Notes: generated by a model not told the origin, from the letters alone. A DNA stretch of 64,000 nt from Felis catus (GCF_018350175.1 NC_058368.1:158722001-158786000), one strand, 5' to 3'. Shown: positions 37,060-50,369, counted from the first letter of the stretch. A program made the numbers and translations.

Positions 37060-37280
37060 ATTCTGTTTTATTAAAAAAAAATTCTTTTAACGTTTATTCA
37101 GAGAGAGCAGAGTATGAGTGGGGGATGGGCAGAGAGAGAGAGGGAGACACAGCATCCAAAGCAGGCTCCAGGCTCTGAGCTGTCAGCACACAGCCCAATG
37201 TGGGGCTCAAATCCACAAACCGCAAGATCACGACCTGAGCTGAAGTTGGCACTTAACTGACTGAGCCACCCAGGTGCCCC
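37060..37280 (-). mobile_element. Can-SINE
   Basis: TSD-like AGAA(T/C)ATAG(G/A)AATTCTT. Confidence 0.94.
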
Positions 37281-38023
37281 AAGAACATAGAAATTCTTAC
37301 AGTCTCAAACTGTGTCTAATTTTTTGGCTCTAAGCCTTATTCAAATCTGTTTCCAGGACTTTAAGGAGCTAAACATTTAATCCATGTTTATTTCCTTAAA
37401 TAAGTAGCAGTATACATTTTATAGTAGAATCAGTTCAGATGCAAAGTACCAGAGCCCTGTATGGGATTTACTACCTCAAGAGTGGTGAACTAGGGCCAAG
37501 GTCTACAGGGTGGTGAGACCCAGGCAGTAAGACTTGGTCACCATGGAAAGGGCTTTCTCCAGCTGAGGGTGATGCCAGAGGGTCTGGCTGTATGGCACCC
37601 TTTCTTTAAAGAGAACAAAATAACTCTTGGAGATTATTTTAAAAAGTAATATCTAATTCTGTTGTACTGTAAAGTGTTTTCAGTGGAATTATTTTCCTTT
37701 TAATTTTTACTTTTATATTTTAGTTATACATTTCACAATTTTTGTGGAATGTGCCAGGCACTGTTCTACATGTTTGTGAACAACTATGAAAATCTCTGCC
37801 ATACTAGAGCCTACATTTCAGCAGGAGAGAAAAATGATAATAATATAATGATATTCATTTAATTATTTAAATTTTTATAGAGAGAGTTAGTAAGTAAATA
37901 GTGTAGTCTACTGGAAGGTGATAAGTGCTATTACTTTCTTTGGTCACAAAAAGGTGCATTTTATTTTTCCAGATATAAGCTTTGATTTTGAACACTATGT
38001 TGGCAAATAAAAAATCAGGTATA

Positions 38024-38237
38024 GGGGCGCCTGGGTAGCGCAGTCGGTTAAGCGTCCGACTTCAGCCAGGTCACGATCTCGCGGTCTGTGAGTTCGAGCC
38101 CCGCGTCGGGCTCTGGGCTGACAGCTCAGAGCCTGGAGCCTGTTTCCGATTCTGTGTCTCCCTCTCTCTCTGCCCCTCCCCCGTTCATGCTCTGTCTCTC
38201 TCTGTCCCAAAAATAAATAAACGTTGGAAAAAAAAAA
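38024..38237 (+). mobile_element. Young felid SINEC_Fc
   Basis: Perfect TSD AAAAAATCAGGTATA; CpGs nearly intact. Confidence 0.97.
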
Positions 38238-38552
38238 TCAGGTATAAACTTAAAACAGCCAAATTTATAAGCCTGAGCAATTGAAACCTGTGATTCTCTT
38301 CAGTGTTTATATTTAGTCCCTATATGCAATTGGTTTTCAATTTCAATAGCCTTCTTCCAAGTAATGTAGCTTGCATCTATTAGTTTGTCTTTTAAAATAC
38401 CAAGTCATTTGCCCAGCATTCTAGTTAACCTGAACCTCTGTTTCATGAGATCTTTGAACACTGAGGCCTGCTGGAAAGGTGCTTTTTAAATATTCACCAG
38501 GATATAATTCTCCCTTCACCTGATAAGAGATGAGGCAGATAAAGTGCCTTCT

Positions 38553-38573
38553 CCCCCCCCCCCCCCCCCCCCC
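38553..38573. repeat. poly(C)21
   Basis: Seen directly. Confidence 0.95.
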
Positions 38574-41270
38574 GGAGTCATGGTACAGCAGAGCCTTTAC
38601 TATTCTGCCCTAAGAGAAAATTGTTGCTTGTGCAAAAAAGAGAAGGAAAAAGAAACAAACATAGATAACTCTATGCAAGTCTTAAATTTTTCTCCTTCTC
38701 TCTCTGGAGTCTATGTATGTATGCTATTTGAAATATTTCTACTAAAAACAACAAAAACCCCACTTCCTAGTGTCCTAATTTCCTAACTGGGAAAATGAAT
38801 GTATAATTCTCAATGCCTCAATTCGATAAAGCTGAAATCATTGGGTTCAGATGTATTTTAGAATACAGAATTTTTCATCATTTAGAAACTAATACAATGC
38901 CTATACTAGATACTTATTTTTTTCAGTGCTCTTTATTTAAAATTTCTAACTCCATTTCTTGATTTTAATACTATTTTGGGTGGTTTATAAATTTTATTTA
39001 CTTAGGATTTATAATTCTTTAAATGCATCTTTTAGCAAATGCAATTAATATTTTATTACTCAGTCAAGAGTTTTTATACCTTCTAAACAAATAGTGGAAC
39101 ACAACTCTGCATTACTAGAATGTGTAAAACATTCGTATTTTTATATATAGAATATGTATATATAATGTATATATGTATGTATATATCTCAGTTTGTAAAT
39201 ATCCTGGAAGGCTTGGGTATTTTAGGTGTAACAAGTTCAGTAGATAAAGTAGGGGAAACCAATGATTAAGTTTATTAAAGAATGCATGTTGTTTTGATGA
39301 ACAATCAAAAATGAGTATTTTTTTCCCCAGATTCAATTTTATTAAATAAAAGTCAAGGTACATTTATTCTTTTACTCCTTAGAGTTTGTGCAGTTAAGAG
39401 TAAAAAGTCATGTATTCAAGCAACTTTTGAGAACAGTAGTAATTTTTTAGATTAGAAGAGAAGAGGGATATGTTCTCATTTACTTAGGGTTTGGATCCTT
39501 GGCTTGGACATCATACTTGGTAATTCTAACCACTGAATGTTTATGTTTGCTAATGAACTTTTAGCCTTTAAACTGAGACTAGTCTCTGATCTTCAGAGAA
39601 GTTTCCAGATGTTGCCTTATCATAAAAGTTGGTATCTAGGAATAGTTTTCAGAGAATTTATCTTCTCCACCAAGTCTTCTATTTTCTTTAAAGTAATTCA
39701 ACCAAATAATATGCCCTATCAAATTGTTTTTTCTCTTAATTCAGGGACAAAAGAGAAATGCTGCTCTGGAGGACGCTAGCGTATATCAAGTATTTTCTCC
39801 TTTTTTGCCAAGTGTACAGTTCATTGTTCGGTCATCTGTGTCTGTCCATTTAGGGCATTTAAGGCAGTTCTCAGCAACCCCCATTTTTCTCTAAAACTTG
39901 CATGGAGGCTTCAAACATTGTCCAGCTCATTATTTCCTGAGGAAGGTTAAGCCCTTTACTGTCAGACCGGAACCCTTCACTAATTAGAGCCCTTGCTTTG
40001 GCACTGAATGTGTCATGTCTGTGAGCCTTCCCACTGTGATCAGGGGCACTTTGCTTGTTCACTAAGTGTCCAGCACTGGGAAGGACTGCCTGCTATTTTT
40101 TTTATGTGACAAATTTTCAACTTGCTAAAATTCTAACTTCTCTTTAACAAGCTCTAAATAGAATTGGATGAGATATTTACTAGTTCGCCAAGAGGATTTT
40201 GCTTAATACTGTCCTGTTTATCTTCTTCAGTTTTAGTAAAGTTGAGTCCACACTAGAATAATGAAAGAAATACTTTTCAATGTGGGAAAAAAATGGTAAC
40301 ATTTCCCACTCTTTTAAAAAGGAATATGTCAAAATATCATGTTAAGTTAATGCCTTACCCCCAAAACAAACCTTTGGCTCTTTTTGATTTAATTAGTAGT
40401 AATAACCCAAGATTCATTTAAACTATTAAAATGATCTCATAAAACTATATTACTTCCTTGATTTTATCTTTGCTTCAGGTAATATATAATTTATGGTTTC
40501 TTTTTCAGTTGATAGGGTTTTATCAGCTGCATAGATAGAAAGACTGAATCCACTGGCAGATCTCATGTCTTTGAATTGTCAGAGAATGCTTTTTGGTGTA
40601 AGTCAGGCTTCTCCATTTGTATTCATAGGAGTGCTTCCGTGTCTTCTGTTTGATCATTGCTTCTTTCTTCCATTTCCAGCTTTCCTTGTTCAGAGCAGGG
40701 AGCTAGTCTGAATGATACAAGTGTCTTGGTGTTTGATTTTGTTATGGGTTAGCTTCTTGAAGAAAATTCTTTACCATGGATACATGGATATAGACCATAC
40801 TCATTTTGTTAACTGAGTCTCAGGTTAATTTTACACACAATTAGCTCTACAAGCTTAGTGCATTTTTCTTTTTGAAATAAAGTGCATTATAAAAGTTCTT
40901 AAAAAATTATAGTTCACTTATTCTTAGGGAAATATACTATGTAAGGTTATTCATGTTTCATGACTGCAATGAATGTATTGAGATTTCATTATACTTATTC
41001 TATAAATAGATTGACATTTTAATTTTGTAATATATGATATCTTTGGTTTTAGTAGTCCATTCCCTCATATAAAAATTAAGTGAAGGCAGAAAAAGCAGAT
41101 ATAGTTTTTAAATAATAAAAAAAAGAAACAGTTATATCAAATGTCACAATTATTGAAGGAGAGAAATTTTTCTTCTCACCAAAATGGAGTTTTAGTATGC
41201 TAATTTTGGGGGGATGGGAAGGTAGGGCTCGGCAGTTGTTTTCCTCCTGATTTTTAAAAGATAGGTGTTT

Positions 41271-41485
41271 GGGGCGCCTGGGTGGCTCAGTCGGTTGAGC
41301 GTCCGACTTTGGCTCAGGTCATGATCTCGAGGTCTGTGGGTTCGAGCCCTGCATTGGGCTCTGTGCTGACAGCTCAGAGCCTGGAGCCTGCTTCAGATTC
41401 TGTGTCTCCCTCTCTGCCCCTCCCCTGCTCACGCTCTGTCTCTCTCTCTCTCTGTCAAAAATAAATAAACATTAAAATTAAATAA
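41271..41485 (+). mobile_element. Can-SINE
   Basis: TSD TAAAAGATAG(G/A)TGTT. Confidence 0.95.
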
Positions 41486-42025
41486 AAGATAGATGTTCAT
41501 TATGGAAATTTTATAAAAAAAAAAGGAGGGGAGAAATCTCACCAATAATCCAATATCCTGAGACAACCAGTAGATACTGATTAATTCTCAAATTTAGTTA
41601 GACATTTGTCTTTCATCTTTTATGGATAGTTGAATCATGTTTCTAACTCATTTTCCCATTAGGGTTTTAATGTTTAAAAAAATGTATTTATATGATATAT
41701 ATATATATATGTATGTGTGTATAATTTACTTATATGGGCAGGTCTGTTCATATTTTAATTTTCTTTATTGATTTTTATGGTGACAAAGCCTATTCTATGA
41801 TTTATATTCACTATTATGTTCTTTTCGACAATGATTACTTTTTAAATTTTTCATTGCTTTTGATTTATTTCAAATTACACTAGTAATACATGAATATAGT
41901 CTTGGAAAAGATTTAGATAGTACCTATGTACGTTCTCTTTTTTCATGCCAGTCCCCTACTGAATTTTAACCATGGTCACCAGATTTGCATGTATATTTCC
42001 TGACATTTTTCTTTACATTAACGTA

Positions 42026-42800
42026 TGTGTTAGGCTCTTGAATGTGGGACTTTTCCTGTTGCTCTGGACTAGGGTGCAAAACCAACAACATACCTGACAT
42101 TCAGTATCTCATATTCTAAAGGGAGCAGAAGTGTGACAGTCCCTCCAGGGCTCAAACCAGACCTGCAATTTGCAACCATATAAAACACCCTCCTTTTGAC
42201 TCTATGCCACCCCTCCCTCCAGGGTTTGTAAAAGAACTCTAGGGAGGGAGTACATATATATACATATATCTGAGGGGGGAGAGAATGAGAGAGAGAGAGA
42301 GAGGGAATGAGATATTTGGCTTCCAAGTGAATTGCTTATAGAGCATGGGAATTACTGCAAGAACAATTGATTTGCAGCTGAGGCTGATTTACTATTCTAT
42401 TTGAGCAAGAGAACTAGGGAGAGACAATGAACACAGACAAGAGGCTGTAGAAGTCAGCCTGTATTCCTGTGGTTTGGTGTGGCAGGGGTATGTGTGCATT
42501 CTGTGGGGCACCTGGACACCATAGTGGATGGATGGGCTTAAGCCATCCTGCCATTACCTCCTCAGATGATGGTCTGCTCATTGAGGAGAGTGCTGTAACA
42601 CTTAGCACTCAGGCAAAGGCTTGATATACGGCTTGATATACGTGCCCAGTACTACAGGGTGTGGGGCCAGAGAGGAGGGGGAGCTGGAAGAAGGGAAAGC
42701 CACCCTAGATCTCCTCAGGTCAGGACCTACCACCTTTAGTGAACTATCATCCCTCCCCACTGTTTTTGAATCTTTATATCAAAGCTTTAAATATACAAAA
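42026..42800. mobile_element. Probable ancient LTR (MamGypsy/LTR85-like)
   Basis: GC-richer island starting TGTGTTAG, with TATAAAA and a GA-rich tract; family uncertain. Confidence 0.35.
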
Positions 42801-42803
42801 ACT

Positions 42804-43020
42804 GGGGCATCTGGGTGGTTCCAGTTGGCTAAGCTTCCAACTTAGGCTCAGGTCATGATCTTATGGTTCATGGGTTCGGACTCCATGTAGGGGTCTGTGC
42901 TGACAGTTGGAGCCTGGAGCCTGTTTCAATTCTGTCTCCCTCTCTCTCTGCCCCTTCCCCGCTTGCGTTTTGTCTCTCTTTCAAAAATAAATAAACATAA
43001 AAAAATAAAAATAAATAAAT
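42804..43020 (+). mobile_element. Can-SINE
   Basis: Head, CT tract, (AAAT)n tail. Confidence 0.92.
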
Positions 43021-43344
43021 ATACTAAGATTAATATGCCATGTAATATTTAAATTTTATATTATTTAAAATATACTATAATTAATATTTAAAGTATGCTA
43101 ATAATCAGTTCCTCAGATTATTTTAAAATTTAGAACAATTTTAAGCTATACTTGCCCATTTAGTCTCCCAGATAAATTTTGATTCCAAAACAAAATTCCT
43201 CAGGTTTCATTTAAGTTTTGGCATCTTCTGTATTTGTTACTTTTCATCGACAATGAGAAACTTGGCTCCCATTATAATTATTATAACTTTGTTCACTTTA
43301 TTTGTTTGTTCAATTCTTCTGGACATAACCAACATCACTGCTTC

Positions 43345-44000
43345 CTATGTGGATGCCTTGCTCACCACATCCATGTTCCAACACTGCAGGCCAGGTCTTA
43401 GCATCCAGTACTGAAGGGACCTGGCCAGCACCTCTCAACCTCCATGCTTAAGCAGCACCTCACATCCAGCTCCGTACTTGGTAGCCTCACCTCTCCCTGC
43501 TCAGGCTCAGAACTCCTGTGCCTTATTGCCACCACTCTTGCCCTGCTCACTGGCTTAGCTGCTTTGATCTCTGATCTCTGCATTGTGCTACACATTGTGC
43601 TGCATAGATTCCCTCATCATAGGACTTGGGCTCAGCCTCTCTACAGGAATGCCCTCCTCACTTTGCCAGAGCTCTGATACTCCATGCCAGCACACCCTCC
43701 TTACCCTACCAGGGCCCTGATAATCTGAGTTTGGTGGATGCTTCCTTTATTCTCTTTGGGTTCTGACTTTTCATACTGGGCTTCCACAACCCATGGACTC
43801 CTTCCTAACCCTGCTTTGACTCTGATATCCTACCTTGAATTGAACCTTCTGCAGGGATTCCTGTGTCACCACAGTTGGCTTCTGACCTCCTGTCCCTGGT
43901 TACCCACTTACCCCACTCAGGTAATGAGTAGTCCTCAGGAACCTTCTGAGCAGCCCTTCTACCTGGACACTTTCCTCACCCCACTTGATTTTGTACCTAG
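43345..44000. repeat. Degenerate array of a ~35-bp motif, probably the 3' UTR of an old L1MC/ME on the minus strand
   Basis: About 10 copies of GGAYRCCCTCCTCACCCTGCTYRGGCTCTGA with variable spacers. Confidence 0.6.
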
Positions 44001-45544
44001 ATGCCTGTCTTGTTCTGCCCCATATAATAATTGTCTGAAATGTTCAGAAAAGAAAGAAGATGAAAGGAAAAAAGGAAAGAGCTATATTTGATTTTAATAA
44101 CTTCTTTTCTTCCAAATACATTTATTAAATGCAGTTAAAAGGCAAATAAGATAAAGTTCCTTCCTTTCAGAGGTTTACATTCTGGAAGTGGGGATAAACA
44201 TGTAAAGGCATTAGTACAGTATAGTATGATAACACAGAGCTTTTCCTAGGACGTTGTGGTGGCAGGTTGGAAGTACACCTATCCCGTCTAGCAGAGGCCT
44301 TTGGGAAGTTTTGATGAAAGGGCTTGGTTTTGAAGAAATAGAAGAATCTAAACAGGTAAAAAGGAGGCCAGAGTAGGTTGATTAACACTAACATTTACAT
44401 CAAATTCTTTAGAAATTTAACTAAGTATTGTATTAAAAGACTTAAGATTACTAGGAAAACACAAGTAGATTTTATTGATTCAAAAAGCCTTTATTAATTA
44501 TAAAAATCTCATTACATGAGCAGTTTGAACCTTCTCTGATTTTTTGCAAAATAAGAAAATTGGTTTCAAGATGAGTTTATGCTGCTTTTAGGGACTCAAA
44601 ACTGCCTGAATATGAATTACTAGAATCACAAAAAAGAATTTTAAATGAAGCCTTTAATATTTTATAATGGGAATGCTTAATTTATGTTTGGAGTAAGCAT
44701 AACAAATTGAATAAAAAGGAAAAGAAAATTATTTTTTGTGTATACAATGCCTTTCTTTTTCTTTTTAATTAAAAAAAATCAGTGAAGAATATTACTAAAG
44801 GGGGTTAGTTACTGTGGTGTCCTTTGGCTTGCCTCTATGACCATCCTATATGGCCAAGAGGTTTGACTTGAGAAGGAGATCATTCAGTAGGTATGAGAAT
44901 CATGGCTAGGTATGAAAATCAAGGTTAGATATGAGAGGTTTATGTGTTTGAGGGGAGACCTAAAAATGGAACTAAAGATTCTATCCCTAAAAGATTTTTG
45001 GAGGATACATGGTTAGTTCTTCTAACTTGCCTTTGCTATGCACCTGAATTAGGATGTTTTCCTGAAAGAAAACTTAGGCATAAAATAGTTTATTAAAATC
45101 AAAATTAAATGACTTATATAATGTTTTTCTAGCCTGAGAATACATAAATATATCCTGTAGTGATTTTGCAAAGCTGAGCATAGCTGGTTTATAGAATGCA
45201 TTCTGTGTTTTTATTTATTTTCAGAATACCATTGAAAGTGAAGTTTCACTGTGGGGTGAACAGGAAATTTAGGTGGTCCCAATCTGTTGGAAAAGGCTAA
45301 GTGGTGATCTTAGCTATCTATGGTGGTTGAAGCCCAGTGCTGCCATTCAAAAGCTTCATGATTTTGGGCTACTTAACATCTCTCAGTTGCAATTTCATCA
45401 TGTGTATGATGTATGATATGAATAATAATGTTGAGAAAAATATGTCCTTTCCCCATAGTATGTTATATTGTTTGCAGGTTATTAAACTGAATGAACTGCA
45501 TGTCTGATCCCCTTTCTCCAGACACTTCTATGCCCAAATAACTT

Positions 45545-45765
45545 TATTTTTAAGTTTTAATTTTTTTAACATTTTTATTTATTTTTGAGAAACAGAGAGC
45601 AAGCAGGGAGGGGCAGAGAGAGAGGGAGACACAGGTTCTGAAGCCGGCTCCAGGCTCTGAGCTGTCAGCACAGAGCCTGACACGGGGCTTGAACCCATTA
45701 ACTGTGAGATCATGACATGAGCCAAAGCTGGACGCTTAACTGGCTGAGCCACCCAGGTGCCCCCC
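45545..45765 (-). mobile_element. Can-SINE
   Basis: TSD CCCAAATAA(C/T)TTTATTTTTAA. Confidence 0.95.
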
Positions 45766-48401
45766 CCCCAAATAATTTTATTTTTAAAGAAGTTTCTATT
45801 AATACACCTAGTTCTTTGTAGTGAGTAATTTCAAAAGTAAGAGGGTTTTACTTAAGCAAAATATAAAAAATGAAACCTCCTCCAAACTGACATACTAAAA
45901 AAACTGCAGACAAAACTTGCTAGTTTTACCTCCTCAGTATTTAGGATTCACAGGAGTAGAGATGATATTTTCACATATAATATAATGTCTGTTACATAGT
46001 GAAGAATAACCTTGTTGGTTGGTAATAGATTTGCCTGAAAATGATGCTTAAATTACATAATATTATTTTTAACTGCTCTTTAAACAATGACATTGCTCCT
46101 TCTTTGGGTCCTGAAATTACTTACATAATATAAGACATTACATTAAAGAGATAACTGGTTGTAAAAAACATGATTCTATTAAATCAACAGTTATGATATG
46201 TTCAAAGAAATATTGAGTCTAACCATCATTTTAGGGTCAAGGCCACAACACTTTTGGAAAAGTAATTTGCAAATGTAATAAATTAGGTCTCATTCCTATT
46301 ACTTCAGGGAACAATTTTATTTTTACAAATATAGCTGCTTGTCTAGCTACTGGAAAATCTTTTGTTTAGGCAATTTTCTTTTAAAGTATTTCAGGTTGCA
46401 GTATATCATTTCAGTTTTCACGGCTGCTTTTATGGTAAGTGTTTCTGCTAAAATACTTTATCAAGTGGAAATGCTATCAGACTTTAACACTAAGTGAAAA
46501 TAGGCACAAAACCTCTGCAGATTTAGTTTGATTTTTAAAAAACAAATGCCTACCTTTTAAAAATAGAGCATCTTACTAAGAAAGCATGCATTAAAACGTT
46601 TTTTTCTCTTTGAAATTATTTATTTTCTTTAGTCACAAAATAAATGACCAAATTCTGTGCTATCTATAAACCTGAGGAAAAAGGTAAACTAATTTAATAT
46701 TTTAAAAAACATGCCATCCAAAACTGTATAAAAATATAGTAAACCTCCCAGAATACACAGTTTCAAAGATTGTCCCACTAAAAGATTTAGAAGAATTATC
46801 TTCCCTATATGGATTTCCATAAAGAGCTAAGGATACATAACTATAAAATATTTATTTATTTTTTTGGTCACAAGTAATTTTATGTTTGTGAGGAGAGGAA
46901 TTAAATGCATGAAATTATAAGACAGACACATAGATTAGTACTCACCATTGTTAGCTCAATGTTTAGAGAAAGCATTAAATATCTGTTGGATGAATGAATG
47001 AGTTTTAATGATTGATTATTGTGATAATATTTAAAGTTTGCTTTGTGAAAATATAAGTAATGTAAGCTTGATATACATAATTTGGTTTCAAAATTAATCA
47101 CATCATTGATGCACAAAAGAAAAATAAGCTCACCTAAGACAATAAAGTCACACCTGGTGGCCATTTGATGTGAAGTTTTTTTCCAAAAGACACTATACTG
47201 TGTACTACTGATTTGGGTTTTGTATTTTGGTGTGTGTAGTTGTAGGTGTTTACAGGCTTTCCAAGTTAAAAAAAAACAACTGTGTTTATAATTATGTTCT
47301 TCTTGGAATATAAAATTTTGATAAGTCATTATTCTTTTAAAAATATTTTGGAATAAGAAAGTTTAATTGATAACATTTTAAGGAAAGAGATTTAATGGTT
47401 GATTCTTTTGAAAGTTCTTTTTTTTCTTCTTTTTTTGGTTCTTAAGGAAAAACAAGAGGATCACAAACAAGGAAATTATTTTGGGCCTACAGTCTATGGA
47501 TTTCCCAGCTTGATGAATCATTGTTTGTCAAATATATGTGGCTATTTTCTATGATTTTCAAAAATAGTGACAGTTATTTCTCAAGATATCATTTATTTTG
47601 CCTGATATATTTTTATTTTCTCCTAAAGCTTAACTTTTAGTACTTGGGGTGTTGCTGAGGTACTAATTTTGCATCATGTTATTTTAGCTTCTGTGCTGTG
47701 TATGAGTTGGCAGGTTAGGGTGAATTTGGGTGACCTGTCTTTCTATTATCTCTGTTGATTTCATGCCAGATGTTGACCTCCTTGATTTTGATCCTATCTT
47801 GGCCTCATGACCATAAATTTTGATTTAATTGCATGCCTGACAATTGGGCATTCTTAGTCTATCCTAATTCCAACTAACCTGGCTGCAGGTGTTTAGTAGT
47901 AAAGGCCCCAAACTCCTCCCTGTTATCTAGAAACAAGCTTCTTTAATTTACCATGTTATTTGGCCAAAATGAGATCTCAGATTGCCCATGTAGAATTTTT
48001 TTTTTGTGGATTCTTCTTCCCCCACCCCCCTGGCCTTAATAATCTTTCAAGGTGTTGACCAATTTGTAGGAAATTTCATATTTAACTAGCAAGTTGTTTT
48101 CCAAATGTTTTGTAGATGCTACAGAGAAGAAAGTTCCTGGGTCATAAATAATGTGTGAAAACATGGTATACTTTTCCTTTTCTCTTAAGGATTCATGGTA
48201 GTCATTAGTTTTTCAGTGGGTAAACCTATTAAAATTTTTAATGTAGCATTTCTGTGAGAGGGCAAGTTTGACTCTTGTTGACAATCTTTGAAGTTATTTT
48301 TCTGTGTCTGAGGAACTTTGAGTGTGTTGAAATCTTGTTATTTAGGAGTAGGCTGAAGCTTATGCAATGTCTGTGTTTGAGGTTTGTGATCCACTAATAT
48401 T

Positions 48402-48425
48402 CTTTTTTTTTAACCTTTATTTATT

Positions 48426-48462
<37 letters not shown>

Positions 48463-48620
48463 AAGCGTGTGAGAAACAGAGAGAAGGAGACACAGAATCT
48501 GAAGCAGGCTCCAGGCTGAGTTGTTAGCACAGAACCCGACATGGGGCTCAAATTCAATGATATGTGAGTTCATGACTTGAGCCGAAGTCAGGCTCAACTG
48601 ACTGAGCCACCCAGGAGCCA
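48402..48620 (-). mobile_element. Can-SINE
   Basis: TSD TGTG(A/G)TCCACTAATATTCTT. Confidence 0.94.
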
Positions 48621-48791
48621 CTGTGGTCCACTAATATTCTTGACAAATTTCTTTCCCTTTTTTGCTGGAGAGAACTGGATGAGGGAGGTTGGAGTATGTT
48701 GGGTGAGTGAGTTGTAAGGTGGTGGGTTACATAACTGAGATAAATGACTTACTTTTTTCACTTTGTTTGGTAGGCAGTCCTGGTGTCACTT

Positions 48792-48829
48792 CTCCAATGT
48801 CTATCAACTGATGAATGGATTAAGAAGAT

Positions 48830-48885
<56 letters not shown>

Positions 48886-49020
48886 TTCATTCCCACACAC
48901 GCAACGGAATACTACTCAGCAATAAAAAAGAATGAAATCTTGCCATTTGCAACAACGTGGATGGAATTGGGGGTATTACACTAAGAAAAATAAGTCATTC
49001 AGAGAAAGACAGATATAATT
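48792..49020 (+). mobile_element. Carnivore L1 3' fragment with (AT)n at 48833-48882
   Basis: GGAATACTACTCAGCAATAAAAAAGAATGAAATCTTGCCATTTGCAACAACGTGGATGGAA. Confidence 0.9.
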
Positions 49021-49229
49021 CCTGAAATAAAAGTCTAAGCTTGCTCCCATGATCAAAGTCAGTGGCATGTTATCCAAGAGTCTATTTACCGAATAGACCT
49101 TGTGCCTGCCGAGAAAGGATGACAGAGGGGGCTGCTGGGTGTGAGCTGAGGAGTGTGAAATTGTGATGAGGGTTGATAAGCAAGACTTTTAAGCCTGGAA
49201 TGACACTTTCATCTTACAATTAGTATATT

Positions 49230-49461
49230 TAAAAAAATTTTTTTTAATGTTTTTTTTTTTTTTTTTTTTTTTTCGACAGAGAGAGAGACAGAGCATGAGC
49301 GGGGGGAGGGGCAGAGAGAGAGGGAGACACAGAATCCGAAGCAGGCTCCAGGCTCTGAGCTGTCAGCACAGAGCCCGATGTGGGGCTCAAACCCACGAAC
49401 TGCGAGATCATGACCTGAGCTGAAGTCGGACGCTCAACCTACTGAGCCACCCAGGCACCCC
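49230..49461 (-). mobile_element. Can-SINE
   Basis: Full length, long T tail. Confidence 0.96.
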
Positions 49462-49905
49462 TTATAATTAATATATTTATACTACTGTGCCTTTGTCTTC
49501 CACCAACTCTTTATAGCAGAGTTGGTTTTATGTGGATCCTTTGAATAATCCAGAAATTTTCTCAGTAAATTTAGACTCCTGGGGTAATTTTTACAAAATT
49601 ACTTTATTCTATTATGAAATAATACAGTTTTGCCAATTTATTTGACCTTAGAATTCTTTTTGTGTTTAATACAAAAATTAATATACCACAGAACTAGTGT
49701 GCTGTGAAGCACTGTTTAAAAATTGTTAAAGTATCTAAATAAACCTGTGGCTCACTTTGTCGTTTAGCTAAAATATAGGAGATGTATTTTCAAGTGAGCA
49801 TTATTTCTAAAAGTTATATACATTTTCCTTACTTTTGACACATAGAAATTCATGAAATTGATAAGTAATTTACTTATCAAGAAAGCTACGTTAGTTCGAA
49901 ATCAT

Positions 49906-50369
49906 TGAATTAGTTTTCTAATGTTGCTCTAACAAATTGCCATAGATTTGGTGGCTTAAAACAACATAAAATTAATATCTTATAGTTCTGAAGATCAGAA
50001 GTCTAAAATCAAGATATCAGCAGGGCTACATTCCTTTTGAAATTCTGTGGATGAATCAATTTTCTTGCTTTTTGCAGCTTCTAGAGGTCGCCTGCATTCC
50101 TTGGCTAGTGGTTCTTCCTCTGCATCACTCCAGCCTCTGCATCTGTCATCACCCTGCCTGATGACTCTGATCCTATTTCCCTCTTGTGAGGACCCTTGTG
50201 CCCTTGTGGTTATATTGAGCTAATCCAGATACTCCGGAATATTTTCACCATCTTAAGGTCCTTAACTTAATCACATGTGCAAAGTCACTTTTGCATGTAA
50301 GGTAACATTTATAGGTTTCCAAGATTAGGATGTAGACATCTTTGGAGAGCCATTATTCTGTCTACCACA
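49906..50369 (-). mobile_element. MLT1C-like MaLR LTR
   Basis: GGTGGCTTAAAACAACA..TTCTAGAGG..CCTGCATTCCTTGGC..CATTATTCTGTCTACCACA. Confidence 0.88.

Noticed and set aside
40509..40597. AG...GTAAGT-bounded 89-nt segment
   Set aside because: Stop codons in all three frames and no other support
42618..42641. 12-bp tandem duplication GGCTTGATATAC (similar case at 17494-17526)
   Set aside because: Ordinary slippage duplication within a decayed repeat
43345..44000. CRISPR array
   Set aside because: Mammalian DNA, highly degenerate units, irregular spacing, no cas genes
46901..47329. Longest ORF (142 aa)
   Set aside because: AT-rich composition, no recognisable domain, no splice context
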